Assembly: GCA_963766175.1 (NCBI GenBank)
Contig: CAVXZE010000001.1
Location: 148,136 to 212,135 of the forward strand
Length of the DNA stretch: 64,000 nt
Source: an uncultured delta proteobacterium
GTDB taxonomy: Bacteria > Myxococcota_A > UBA9160 > UBA6930
Direction: 5' to 3'
Shown here: piece by piece, positions 1-9,316 of the stretch
How positions within the stretch are numbered: the stretch's first letter is position 1
Layout: each line of letters opens with the position of its first letter
The notes under the pieces: generated by a model
Databases searched by the model: none
Told to the model about the DNA's origin: nothing
Seen by the model: only the letters and a program-made list of their open reading frames with translations
Made by a program: the position numbers and the translations under genes

Positions 1-1
1 C

Positions 2-1294
2 CCGCCGGCCCGTGTGGTCGAAGGGGTGGTGCGCACCGTCGACATGGCGCCGACACTCGCCTCGCTGCTGGATCTCCCGCCCCTCGGCGAGTCCGACGGG
101 ATCGACCTGTCGCCGCTCTGGGGCGATGCCTCGCCTCCATCGGACCGGTTCGCCTACGCCGAGACCCTCGCCACCCGCCTCGAACACGGCTGGAGCCCGC
201 TCTTCGCGATCCGGACACAGGATCACCACTACGTCCGCGCCCCCCGTCCGGAGCTCTACGATCTCGCGTCCGACCCGGGACAGCTGAGCAACCAGATCGG
301 GGTCCAGTCGAAGGCGCAGGCGGCCGTCGCGCTCGATGCGGAGATCACGGGGATCCTGGCGAACCAGGTGCACACCGCCGACCAGAGCGTGGATGACGAG
401 ACCCGTGAGCAGCTGCGCTCCCTCGGCTACCTGATTCCGGAGCGGGAGCTTCCCGAGACGGGGATCGATCCGAAGGACGGACTCCTGGCGCTACGGGATC
501 TCGGGTTCGAGGCGGGAGACGCCGCGTTTGCGGCGCACGACCTGGTGGGCGCCGAGGAGATCTTCTCCCGTGTCGTCGAACGGTTGCCCGGGAGCGCCTA
601 TGCCCGGGCGATGCTGGCCCTCTGCTATCTTCAGACGAACCAGGCGCCGAAAGCGATTCCCCACCTCGAGACGGCGCTGCGGCTCTCCCCCGAGCTGGGT
701 GATCACTACATCGCTCTTCTCGGCGACGCTCGGCTCCTCACCGGAGACCTGGACGCCGCACTGGCCGCGTACGAGAAGGCGGCGCGGATGAACCCCGAGA
801 ATCCCACCGCTCAGATCGGGCTGATGCTTCGCGCACGGCGCGGGGCAAGCCTCGCCGAGGCGGAGGCCCACGCGGCGCGCGCACGGCAGATCACGCTCGA
901 CAAGGGTGGTGGGGCGCACCTGAACATCGGTCGCAACTGGGAACGGCTCGGCGAGATGGAGCGCGCCCTGGTCTCCTACGAGCGCGCGCTCACGCTCGAC
1001 CCCGACTCCTCCCTCGCACACCTGAACCTGGCGATCGTCCTCGCCCGTCTCGGGCGCCTGGACGAATCGGCGCTCCATCTCGAGGCGACCGGTCCGCTGG
1101 GCGAGGATCCCTCCGCGCGAAATCGCCTCGGCGTCGCCTACGCGTCCGCGGGGCAGGTGGAGCGCGCTGAGGCGATCCTTCGCGAGCTCATCTCCGAGTA
1201 CCCCGCCTATCCGTCGCCGCGCCGGAATCTGGCCGCGCTGCTTCGCCGCCAAGGGCGGATCGCAGAGGCCAGCGAGCTCGAAGAGAGGTCCTGA
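2..1294 (+). CDS. Sulfatase-family protein with C-terminal TPR repeats (5' truncated by window edge)
   Basis: Sulfatase C-terminal signatures (VRTVDMAPTLASLL, PELYDLASDPGQ, DDETREQLRSLGY) followed by TPR-like helical repeats. The frame is open to the window start. Confidence 0.75.
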   Translation, partial: PPARVVEGVVRTVDMAPTLASLLDLPPLGESDGIDLSPLWGDASPPSDRFAYAETLATRLEHGWSPLFAIRTQDHHYVRAPRPELYDLASDPGQLSNQIGVQSKAQAAVALDAEITGILANQVHTADQSVDDETREQLRSLGYLIPERELPETGIDPKDGLLALRDLGFEAGDAAFAAHDLVGAEEIFSRVVERLPGSAYARAMLALCYLQTNQAPKAIPHLETALRLSPELGDHYIALLGDARLLTGDLDAALAAYEKAARMNPENPTAQIGLMLRARRGASLAEAEAHAARARQITLDKGGGAHLNIGRNWERLGEMERALVSYERALTLDPDSSLAHLNLAIVLARLGRLDESALHLEATGPLGEDPSARNRLGVAYASAGQVERAEAILRELISEYPAYPSPRRNLAALLRRQGRIAEASELEERS

Positions 1295-1317
1295 AGCCTC
1301 AGCGGGCGACGGTCGGG

Positions 1318-1391
1318 TGGATCCCCGGGGAGGATTCGAACCTCCATTGGTAGGTTCAGAGCCTACTGTCCTGCCGTTAGACGACCGGGGA
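1318..1391 (-). tRNA. tRNA-Gln, anticodon CUG
   Basis: Reverse complement folds as a cloverleaf: acceptor TCCCCGG/CCGGGGA, anticodon arm GTAGG-CTCTGAA-CCTAC, T arm GGAGG-TTCGAAT-CCTCC, encoded CCA end. Confidence 0.95.
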
Positions 1392-1443
1392 ACACACCCG
1401 CGAAACGAATCCGTTGGAGGGATACCAGAGGCTCCCCGGATCC

Positions 1444-2853
1444 TCAACCGTGGTGGATGAAACCAATCGCATCGGCGATTCGTTTCACCGAGCGCTCCTT
1501 TCCCAGGACCGACAGCGTCTCGAAGATCCCCGGAGAGATCGCTCCGCCGGTCACAGCCACGCGCACGGGCTGTGCCAGCTTGCCCATGGCGATGCCGCCC
1601 TGGGCCTCGCGAGTCGCTTCGAACGCCTCCGACAGCGTCTCCTCACGCCACTCGTCGAGCGCCGTCAGCCGATCGTGGAGATCCGAGAGGGCGGGGGCGA
1701 TCTCCTCTTTCAGGTGTTTCTTCGCCGCCTTTTCGTCGTAGGGGATGTTCTCGGTGACGAGGAACAAGGAGAGACGAGCCATGTCGACGAGAGTCTTGGC
1801 GCGCTCCCGGTGCAGGTCCACGAGGCGCTCGAGCTGCGGGCTTCGAGGCACCGCGTGCCCACTCGCCGCCTCGAGGAACGGCTGCAGCCGCTCCATCAGG
1901 ACGTCCGTCGGTAGCGTCTTGATGTAGTGCTGGTTCAGATGCAGCAATTTGTCCGGGTCGGCGCGGGCAGCGGACCGCCCGACCGGCTCGAGTCCGAACA
2001 GGGACGCGATCTCGTCGAGGCCGAAGATCTCCTGGTCGCCGTGGGACCAGCCCATTCGCACCAGCCAGTTGCAGAGAGCCTCTGGCAGGTACCCCTCCTG
2101 CCGAAAGTGTTCGATGGAGACCGCTTCGCGCCGCTTCGAGAGCTTCTTGCCCGACTCGAAGACGATCAGGGGAACGTGGGCGAAGGCTGGAGGCGCGACG
2201 TCCAGGGCCCGGTAGATCGCCAGCTGAAAGGGAGTGTTGCTGTGGTGGTCGGCGCCGCGAATCACGTGGCTGATCCGCATGTCGACATCGTCCACCACGA
2301 CCGCCAGGTGGTACAGGGGACCCCCATCGCTGCGGCGGATGATCCGGTCCCCGATCTCGCTGGCGTCCTGACCGCTGGAGCCGTAGACCAGATCATCCCA
2401 GGCCAGCGGTCCCTGCTCGGAGAGGCTGAGCCGCACGGTGTGAGGTCCGCATCCGGGCCCGTGGTTCGCCTCCCGGCAGCGCCCGTCGTAGGTCCACTTT
2501 CCTCCCGAGGCGATCGTCGCCTGCTTGCGCTCCTCGAGTTCCTCACGGGTGCAGACGCAGCGATAGGCCCGGTTCCTGGCCAGCAGCTCCTCGATCACCT
2601 GGCCGTGGCGTTCGCGCCGCTCGCTCTGGTGATGGGGGCCCTCGTCCCAGGCCAGGCCCAGCCACTCCAGGTCCTCGAGCACGGCCGTCTCCGACTCCTT
2701 GGTGGAGCGCTCGAGGTCCGTGTCCTCCACCCGGAGCACGAACTGCCCGCCGTTCCGGCGCGCGAAGGCCCAGTTGAAGAGCGCTGTTCGAGCGCTCCCG
2801 AGGTGGAGGAATCCGGTCGGACTGGGGGCAAAGCGGGTCCGAATATTCGTCAT
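1444..2853 (-). CDS. gltX: Glutamate--tRNA ligase
   Basis: RTRFAPSPTG, HLGS (HIGH-like) and KLSKR (KMSKS-like) motifs. Start set at ATG 2853 (MTNIRTRF); the upstream ORF extension is non-homologous. Confidence 0.95.
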   Translation of the reverse strand: MTNIRTRFAPSPTGFLHLGSARTALFNWAFARRNGGQFVLRVEDTDLERSTKESETAVLEDLEWLGLAWDEGPHHQSERRERHGQVIEELLARNRAYRCVCTREELEERKQATIASGGKWTYDGRCREANHGPGCGPHTVRLSLSEQGPLAWDDLVYGSSGQDASEIGDRIIRRSDGGPLYHLAVVVDDVDMRISHVIRGADHHSNTPFQLAIYRALDVAPPAFAHVPLIVFESGKKLSKRREAVSIEHFRQEGYLPEALCNWLVRMGWSHGDQEIFGLDEIASLFGLEPVGRSAARADPDKLLHLNQHYIKTLPTDVLMERLQPFLEAASGHAVPRSPQLERLVDLHRERAKTLVDMARLSLFLVTENIPYDEKAAKKHLKEEIAPALSDLHDRLTALDEWREETLSEAFEATREAQGGIAMGKLAQPVRVAVTGGAISPGIFETLSVLGKERSVKRIADAIGFIHHG

Positions 2854-3034
2854 GGGCGCCGAGAATACCGAACCCCGCGGGGACTGCCCTCCCTTGCAGG
2901 ACTTTCGGCGACGGAGCTCAGCGAACTGGAGAGAGATGCGGGCCAGAGCCGCCTTCGGTGCTGCGGTAGACTCTCCGGTTGCATCTCTGTGCCTTTTCAA
3001 CGCTTTTGCTCCCGAGGGGAGGTCAGCCGGCAGA

Positions 3035-3616
3035 GTGAAAGTCCTGACCGACAGATTGACGGAAAGCCCCGCCGAGCTTTGCTTCAGCGTGACTCCCGCG
3101 TGGTGGCGGGAGCGCTGCGGCCGCGATTCGGAGCTAGCCGAGGGACTCCGAGGGACCCTGGAAGTCCGGATCCTGATCCACCGCATGGGCCAGGACCTCT
3201 ATCTGGAGGGGGAGACTGCCGGTGCTCTCGAGCTGACGTGCGGGCGGTGCCTCACTCGCTATCGTCAGCCGGTTCGCGAACGCTTCCGGCTGGTGCTCGA
3301 GCCGGCAGGTAGCCGGGTTCCCGCCGATCCGGAGGGCGCCGCGGTGCTCGTCCGCGACGGAGTGGTCCTGAGCGACGAACTCGAGTCCGGCTGGTTTCGC
3401 GGGAGTGAGATCGACCTCGGCAGCTATTTTCAGGAGGTGATCGCGCTGGCGTTCCCGGTGCAGCCGGTGTGTCGGGAGGACTGCCGCGGTCTTTGCCCGC
3501 GTTGTGGCGCCGATCGCAACGCGGAGTTGTGTCATTGTTCGGAGGTGCGGCCGGATTCGCCTTTTGCGGCGCTTCGGGCGCTCCGCGACGGACCCAGGGG
3601 AGGAAAAGAGCGATGA
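3035..3616 (+). CDS. yceD: YceD/DUF177 family protein (23S rRNA accumulation)
   Basis: CGRCL and [13 protein letters not shown] motifs, PFAAL tail, position upstream of rpmF. GTG start after GGAGG. Confidence 0.85.
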   Translation: MKVLTDRLTESPAELCFSVTPAWWRERCGRDSELAEGLRGTLEVRILIHRMGQDLYLEGETAGALELTCGRCLTRYRQPVRERFRLVLEPAGSRVPADPEGAAVLVRDGVVLSDELESGWFRGSEIDLGSYFQEVIALAFPVQPVCREDCRGLCPRCGADRNAELCHCSEVRPDSPFAALRALRDGPRGGKER

Positions 3617-3795
3617 TCGCTCCCAAGCGCAGGACTTCGAAGTCCCGACGCAACAAGCGCCGCAGTCACCAGGCCCTCAGCGTACCTGCACGAGCGGTCT
3701 GTCCCACCTGTGGAGAGCCCAAGCACCCCCACCGCGTCTGCGCCAACTGCGGAAGCTACCGTGGACGCACCGTCGTCGAGACGGAAGAGGACTAG
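3613..3795 (+). CDS. rpmF: 50S ribosomal protein L32 (zinc-binding type)
   Basis: [16 protein letters not shown] and CPTCG...[12 protein letters not shown]. Confidence 0.95.
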   Translation: MIAPKRRTSKSRRNKRRSHQALSVPARAVCPTCGEPKHPHRVCANCGSYRGRTVVETEED

Positions 3796-3801
3796 CGCTC
3801 G

Positions 3802-4740
3802 ATGCTGGCGCTTCTCTTCCCGGGCCAGGGCTCCCAGGAGGTCGGAATGGGCCGGGACGCCTGGCTGGCTTCCGAGGCGGCCCGCTCGATCTTCGAGGTC
3901 GCCGATGCGACCCTGGGGTTCCCGCTCTCGCGTCTCTGTTTCGAGGGGCCCGAAGAGGAACTGCGCCGCACCGAGATGCAGCAGCCCGCCATCCTCACCA
4001 CCAGTGTCGCGATCCTGCGTGCGCTCGAGGAGCTCACGCCGCTCTCTCCCGCCTACCTTGCGGGCCACAGCCTGGGTGAGTACTCGGCTCTGGTGGCGGC
4101 CGGCTGTCTCGACTTCGAGAACGCCGTGGCACTGGTCCACGCGCGGGGCCGCTTCATGCAGGAGGCCGTTCCCGAGGGCACGGGCGCCATGACGGCGATC
4201 CTGGGATGTGGCCCCGAGGAGGTGCTCGCGGCCTGCCGGGCCGCCGAGCGCGCCTCGGGAGGGGTCGTGGCCCCCGCCAATTTTAATTCACCGCAGCAGA
4301 TCGTCATCTCCGGCGACGCCGCGGCTGTCGAGCTGGCGGGGAGCGAGGCGCGCCAGCGGGGCGCCAGGCGAGCGATACCCCTGGCGGTGTCCGCGCCCTT
4401 CCACTGCAGCCTGATGGAGTCAGCCGCCGAGAAGCTCGCCGGGGAGCTCGGGAGAGTGCGCTTCTCGGACGCCAGAGTTCCGGTCGTGACCAATGTGGAG
4501 GCCCAGCCCAACAGCGACGGCGCCCGCATTGCCGAGTTGCTCCGCCGGCAGGTCACCGCGCCGGTGCGCTTCACCGAGTCGGTACAATGTCTGGCGAAGC
4601 TGGGGGTGACGCGGTTGCTGGAGATTGGCCCCGGGCGCGTCCTCAGCGGGCTGGTGGCGCGGATCGACCGGAGCTTCGAACGCCTGGGAGCGAGCACGAT
4701 GTCAGACGTGGCCGACGTTGCAGCGGCCCTGAGTGAGTGA
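3802..4740 (+). CDS. fabD: Malonyl-CoA:ACP transacylase
   Basis: [21 protein letters not shown] motifs. Confidence 0.95.
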   Translation: MLALLFPGQGSQEVGMGRDAWLASEAARSIFEVADATLGFPLSRLCFEGPEEELRRTEMQQPAILTTSVAILRALEELTPLSPAYLAGHSLGEYSALVAAGCLDFENAVALVHARGRFMQEAVPEGTGAMTAILGCGPEEVLAACRAAERASGGVVAPANFNSPQQIVISGDAAAVELAGSEARQRGARRAIPLAVSAPFHCSLMESAAEKLAGELGRVRFSDARVPVVTNVEAQPNSDGARIAELLRRQVTAPVRFTESVQCLAKLGVTRLLEIGPGRVLSGLVARIDRSFERLGASTMSDVADVAAALSE

Positions 4741-4751
4741 GGGGAGGGGAT

Positions 4752-4994
4752 ATGGCATTGGAGGAGCGCGTCGCCGAGATCATCGTGGAACAGCTTGGCG
4801 TTTCCCGCGACGAGGTCGTGGCCGAGGCGTCGTTCATCGACGATCTCGGGGCGGATTCCCTCGATATCGTCGAGCTGGTGATGGCGATGGAGGAGGAGTT
4901 CAACGTCGAGATTCCCGACGAGGACGCGGAGAAGATCCAGACGATCGGCGCGGCGATTGCCTACCTGAAGGGTAAGCTCGGGACTGGCGAATGA
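4752..4994 (+). CDS. acpP: Acyl carrier protein
   Basis: DLGADSLD phosphopantetheine site, acidic 80-aa protein, GGAGG upstream. Confidence 0.95.
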   Translation: MALEERVAEIIVEQLGVSRDEVVAEASFIDDLGADSLDIVELVMAMEEEFNVEIPDEDAEKIQTIGAAIAYLKGKLGTGE

Positions 4995-5028
4995 GCCGAG
5001 CCCGCGGCGATCGGTGCCGGGAGGCCTG

Positions 5029-6732
5029 ATGGGCGATCCGATCTACCTGGCAAACGACCATCGCGGCTACCCGCTGAAGCTGGCACTTCGCGAACGACTC
5101 GAGGCATCCGGACACGACGTCTGCGACCTGGGCACCCATGGCACCGAGTCGGTCGACTACCCCGAGTTCGCCGCGGCCGCGGCGCGGGCGGTCTCGACCG
5201 GAGAGGCCTCTCGCGCGATCGTGATCTGCGGGACCGGTCTCGGGGTGATGTACACGGCAAACCGCTTTCCTAGGGTCCGCGCCGCTCTGGTCCACGACGT
5301 CGAGACTGCGGCCATGGCTCGCGAGCACAACGATGCCAACGTGCTGGCCCTGGCCGGCGACAGCACCGATCCGGAGACCGCCTGGGCGATCGTCGAGACC
5401 TGGCTCGCCACGCCCTTCGCGGGCGGCCGTCACGCCCGACGCGTGGCGGAGATCGACACGCTCACCCACGGCGAGTCCGACGCCCTGAAGGTCACCGACC
5501 CGGCCATCGCCGACGTGCTTCGACGCGAGGCCCGGCGTCAGGCCACCAACCTCGAGCTGATCGCCTCGGAGAACTTCGTCTCCGAGGCCGTCCTCGAGGC
5601 CATGGGGTCGGTTCCGACCAACAAGTACGCCGAGGGCTACCCGGGGCGGCGGTATTACGGTGGCTGCGACGTGGTCGACGAGGCGGAAAACCTGGCCATC
5701 GAGCGCGCCCGGGAGCTCTTCGGCGCCGACCACGTCAACGTCCAGCCCCACTCGGGGTCCCAGGCCAACGAGTGCATCTACCGGGCCGTCCTCGAGGTGG
5801 GGGATACGATCCTCGCCATGAATCTCGATCACGGCGGGCATCTCACCCATGGGAGTCCCGTAAACTTCTCGGGAAAGCTCTACAGGATCGTTCCCTACGG
5901 CGTCTCCCGGGAAAGCGAGCAGATCGACTACGACGAGGTGCGCAGGCTCGCCCTGGAGCAGCGTCCCCAGCTGATCCAATGTGGCGCGACCGCGTACTCG
6001 CGCATCATCGACTTCGATCGCTTCCGCGAGATCGCCGACGAGGTCGGCGCTCTGCTCTTTGCGGACATTGCCCACATCGCCGGGCTGGTGGCGACCGGAT
6101 TGCATCCCAGCCCGGTCGGGCGTGCCCAGCTGATCGGGACCACGACCCACAAGACCCTACGTGGGCCGCGCGGAGGCATGATCCTCTGCGATGCGCCCTT
6201 CGCCAAGAGAATCGACAGCGCGGTCTTCCCGGGCGGTCAGGGCGGACCGCTGATGCACGTGATCGCGGCCAAGGCAGTTGCTTTCAAGGAGGCGCTGGAG
6301 CCCGGTTTTCGAAGCTACTGCGAGAACGTCGTCGCGAATGCGCGGGCGCTCGCCGGAAGATTGCAGGAGCGCGGTATCCGGATCGTCTCCGGCGGAACCG
6401 ACAATCACCTCTTCCTGATGTCACTGGTCGGTCGCGATCTCACCGGGAAGAGCGCGCAGGTCGCCCTCGACCGCGCGGGGATCACCGTCAACAAGAACAT
6501 GGTTCCATTCGATCCGCGAAAGCCCATGGTGACGTCGGGAATCCGGATCGGAACCCCAGCCGTCACGACGCGGGAGATGGGCGAGAGGGAGATGCTCCAG
6601 ATCGCTGACTACATCGCCCGTGTCCTCGAGAACCCCAAAGACGAAGGGACCCTCGCCGAAGTGCGCCGGGAGGTCGAGGCGCTCTGTGGTGGCTTCCCGC
6701 TCTACGCCGGCCGCTTCTCCGGTCCGGGCTGA
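5029..6732 (+). CDS. glyA: Fused ribose-5-phosphate isomerase B / serine hydroxymethyltransferase
   Basis: N-terminal ~148 aa carry RpiB motifs ([35 protein letters not shown]). The rest is SHMT ([27 protein letters not shown]). One continuous frame. Confidence 0.92.
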   Translation: MGDPIYLANDHRGYPLKLALRERLEASGHDVCDLGTHGTESVDYPEFAAAAARAVSTGEASRAIVICGTGLGVMYTANRFPRVRAALVHDVETAAMAREHNDANVLALAGDSTDPETAWAIVETWLATPFAGGRHARRVAEIDTLTHGESDALKVTDPAIADVLRREARRQATNLELIASENFVSEAVLEAMGSVPTNKYAEGYPGRRYYGGCDVVDEAENLAIERARELFGADHVNVQPHSGSQANECIYRAVLEVGDTILAMNLDHGGHLTHGSPVNFSGKLYRIVPYGVSRESEQIDYDEVRRLALEQRPQLIQCGATAYSRIIDFDRFREIADEVGALLFADIAHIAGLVATGLHPSPVGRAQLIGTTTHKTLRGPRGGMILCDAPFAKRIDSAVFPGGQGGPLMHVIAAKAVAFKEALEPGFRSYCENVVANARALAGRLQERGIRIVSGGTDNHLFLMSLVGRDLTGKSAQVALDRAGITVNKNMVPFDPRKPMVTSGIRIGTPAVTTREMGEREMLQIADYIARVLENPKDEGTLAEVRREVEALCGGFPLYAGRFSGPG

Positions 6733-6734
6733 CC

Positions 6735-7232
6735 ATGCGCTGCCCCTTCTGCGGTGAAGTGAGCAACCGGGTGATCGACTCCCGGCTCACGCGAGACTCC
6801 CAGGAGATCCGCCGACGCAGGGAATGTGACGAGTGCACTCGCCGCTTCACCACCCGCGAGAGGATCGAGGAGATCCAGCCGAAGATCATCAAGCGCGACG
6901 AACGGCGCGAGGAGTACGATCGCGCCAAGCTGGAGCACAGCATCCAGAAGGCGTGCGCGAAGCGTCCGGTGAGCGAGCGCGCCGTCCAGCGGCTGGTCGA
7001 TCGCATCGAGCGGTTGCTGCCGGAGACGGGAGAAGCCGAGGTGAGCACCGAGTTCGTCGGCCGGCTGATCCTGGAAGAGCTGATGGTCCTGGATCCGATG
7101 GCAGCGGCTCGCTTCGCATCGGTCTTTCGGCGCTTCGGAAGCGCCGACGATTACGCCGAGTTCTTCGCCGCGATGGCGGACCCGCCCTCCGACTCCTCTC
7201 CACCGGACGGGGAGTCGGGGAGCGATTCCTGA
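6735..7232 (+). CDS. nrdR: Transcriptional repressor NrdR
   Basis: MRCPFC..VIDSR..IRRRRECDEC..RFTT zinc ribbon followed by ATP cone. Confidence 0.93.
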   Translation: MRCPFCGEVSNRVIDSRLTRDSQEIRRRRECDECTRRFTTRERIEEIQPKIIKRDERREEYDRAKLEHSIQKACAKRPVSERAVQRLVDRIERLLPETGEAEVSTEFVGRLILEELMVLDPMAAARFASVFRRFGSADDYAEFFAAMADPPSDSSPPDGESGSDS

Positions 7233-7242
7233 GATCGGCGGC

Positions 7243-8370
7243 ATGACTCCCGAGCGGGCCATGCGTCTCGCCCTCGGACAAGCCCGGCGCGCCGAGGGCA
7301 CCACCTTCCCGAATCCACCCGTCGGAGCCGTGGTGTATCGCGGCGATCGCGTGCTGGGCCGCGGGTGCACACGGCCCGCCGGTGGACCTCATGCGGAGAT
7401 CGTCGCATTGCAGAACGCACGGCGGCGCCACGGTGGTGCTTGCCTTCGCGGCGCCTCGCTGGCGGTGACGCTCGAGCCCTGCTGCCACCAGGGACGGACG
7501 CCTCCCTGCACCGACGCCGTGGCGGAGGCGGGAATCTCGCGGGTCGCGGTCGGGCACCGGGATCCCAGCCCCGAGGTGGGTGGCCGAGGTCTGCGCAGCC
7601 TCCGCGCCCGCGGTCTGCGGGTCGAGGTCGGCGTCCTCGAAGAGGCATGCCGCTATCAGCACCGGGGCTTTCTCTCCTGCCTCGAGAGGGGTCGCCCCTG
7701 GGTGGCGCTGAAGCTCGCCGCATCCCTCGACGGTCGCATCGCCACCTCCGGTGGCGAGTCCCGCTGGATCACCGGTGAGCTCTCCCGGGCTCGGGCCCAC
7801 GCGCTGCGAGCCCGCGCGGACGCCATCGTCGTGGGCTCGGGGACGGCGCAGACCGACGATCCGGAGCTCACAGCGCGACGGAATGGGCGGGTGGTGCGGC
7901 GGCCCATCCGGGTTCTGGTGGATTCGGGGCTGGTCGTTCCCGCCGCTCGCCGGCTCTTCCTTGGCTGCGAGGCGGCCACTACCTGGGTTCTCGCCGCGCC
8001 GCGCGCGCCGGGGGCGCGCAGGCGACGCCTGGAAGCCCGCGGGGTTCGGGTACTGTCGACTCCGCGTCGCGGAAGGCACCTGGACCTGACCCGTGCCCTC
8101 GGGCGACTGGCCCGCGAGGGCCTCACCTCTCTCTTCGTCGAGGGCGGAGGTGGCCTCGCGGCTGCACTGTTCCGGGAGGCTCTGGTCGACGAGGTACACT
8201 GGTTCGCAGCTCCGGCGCTGATCGGGGGAGACGGGCGGCCCGCGGTTGCCGCCTTGAACCTTGCGCGGCTCTCGTCTCGGATCCGATTGGAGACGCAAAG
8301 CGTGAAGCGCCTGGGAGACGATCTGTACCTTCACGGCCTGGTGGTGCGGGGGAGGGAGGAGAGCGGGTGA
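7243..8370 (+). CDS. ribD: Bifunctional riboflavin deaminase/reductase
   Basis: PNPPVGAV, HAE, TLEPCCHQGRTPPC, SLDGRIA, VEGG motifs. Confidence 0.93.
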   Translation: MTPERAMRLALGQARRAEGTTFPNPPVGAVVYRGDRVLGRGCTRPAGGPHAEIVALQNARRRHGGACLRGASLAVTLEPCCHQGRTPPCTDAVAEAGISRVAVGHRDPSPEVGGRGLRSLRARGLRVEVGVLEEACRYQHRGFLSCLERGRPWVALKLAASLDGRIATSGGESRWITGELSRARAHALRARADAIVVGSGTAQTDDPELTARRNGRVVRRPIRVLVDSGLVVPAARRLFLGCEAATTWVLAAPRAPGARRRRLEARGVRVLSTPRRGRHLDLTRALGRLAREGLTSLFVEGGGGLAAALFREALVDEVHWFAAPALIGGDGRPAVAALNLARLSSRIRLETQSVKRLGDDLYLHGLVVRGREESG

Positions 8371-8864
8371 GAACCTATCCGGCAGACTGCGATGCCAGCG
8401 AGCTGCGTTTCGGAATCGTCGTGTCGCGGTTCAATCACGTCGTCTCGCTGCGCCTGCTCGAGGGTTGCACCGCCGAGCTCGAGCGCCGCGGCTGCTGCGA
8501 GTCGGAAATTCACGTCGCCTGGGTGCCCGGCGCTTTCGAGATTCCGCAGACCGCGCGAATCCTCGCACTCACCGAACGCTACGACGCCCTGATCGCACTG
8601 GGAGCGGTGATTCGGGGAGGTACTCCGCACTTCGACTACGTCTGCCGAGCGGTCACCGATGGCGTGCGCGAGGTGGTCCGCGACACGGGAGTGGCCGTGG
8701 CATTCGGTGTGCTTACCACGGACGACGTGGAACAGGCCCTCGCGCGCACCGGTGGTGCGGAGGGGAACAAGGGCGAAGAAGCCGCGCTGGCCGCCATCGA
8801 GATGGCGCGGCTGCGCCCGGCTCTCGTCGAGCCTCCTCCCGGAGGGGTCGGGGGGAACCCGTGA
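8367..8864 (+). CDS. ribH: 6,7-dimethyl-8-ribityllumazine synthase
   Basis: IVVSRFN, VPGAFEIP, LGAVIRGGTPHFDYV, NKG.EAA motifs. Confidence 0.93.
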   Translation: MRTYPADCDASELRFGIVVSRFNHVVSLRLLEGCTAELERRGCCESEIHVAWVPGAFEIPQTARILALTERYDALIALGAVIRGGTPHFDYVCRAVTDGVREVVRDTGVAVAFGVLTTDDVEQALARTGGAEGNKGEEAALAAIEMARLRPALVEPPPGGVGGNP

Positions 8865-9316
8865 TCCGTCCACCCCGGTCCACCCGCCATCGATCGCGCG
8901 AGGCCGCACTCCAGGTGCTCTACGCGATCGATTTGGCTCGGCAGCGGGCGGCGGAGACGTCGGAGGCGGCGTGGGCAGAGGAGTCCTTCGAGCGAGTGGC
9001 GGCGCATTTCGAGCTACCCGAAGGAGCCCGTGTCTTCGCCAAGGAACTCGTCACCGGGGTCTGCCGTTTGCGCCAGGATCTGGACGCTCGACTCGCCGCC
9101 CACAGCCAGAACTGGCGGATCGACCGGATGGCGGCGGTCGATCGAAACGTGCTGCGGATCGGTGCCTACGAGATTCTCCACACCGATACGCCCGCGGCGA
9201 TCGCCATCGACGAGGCCGTGGAGCTGGCACGGCGTTTCGGCGGCGATCGCTCGCCAGGCTTCGTGAACGGTATCCTCGATTCGGTGGCCCGGGAGAGCGG
9301 GGAGGACGACCGTTGA
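8861..9316 (+). CDS. nusB: Transcription antitermination factor NusB
   Basis: RHRSREAALQVLY, VDRNVLR, IDEAVELA, FVNGILD. GTG start overlaps the ribH stop. Confidence 0.92.
   Translation: MIRPPRSTRHRSREAALQVLYAIDLARQRAAETSEAAWAEESFERVAAHFELPEGARVFAKELVTGVCRLRQDLDARLAAHSQNWRIDRMAAVDRNVLRIGAYEILHTDTPAAIAIDEAVELARRFGGDRSPGFVNGILDSVARESGEDDR

Noticed and set aside
1290-1400. Possible integrative element at the tRNA-Gln 3' end
   Set aside because: No integrase, no duplicated tRNA 3' end seen, and the neighbouring gene ends 23 bp away.
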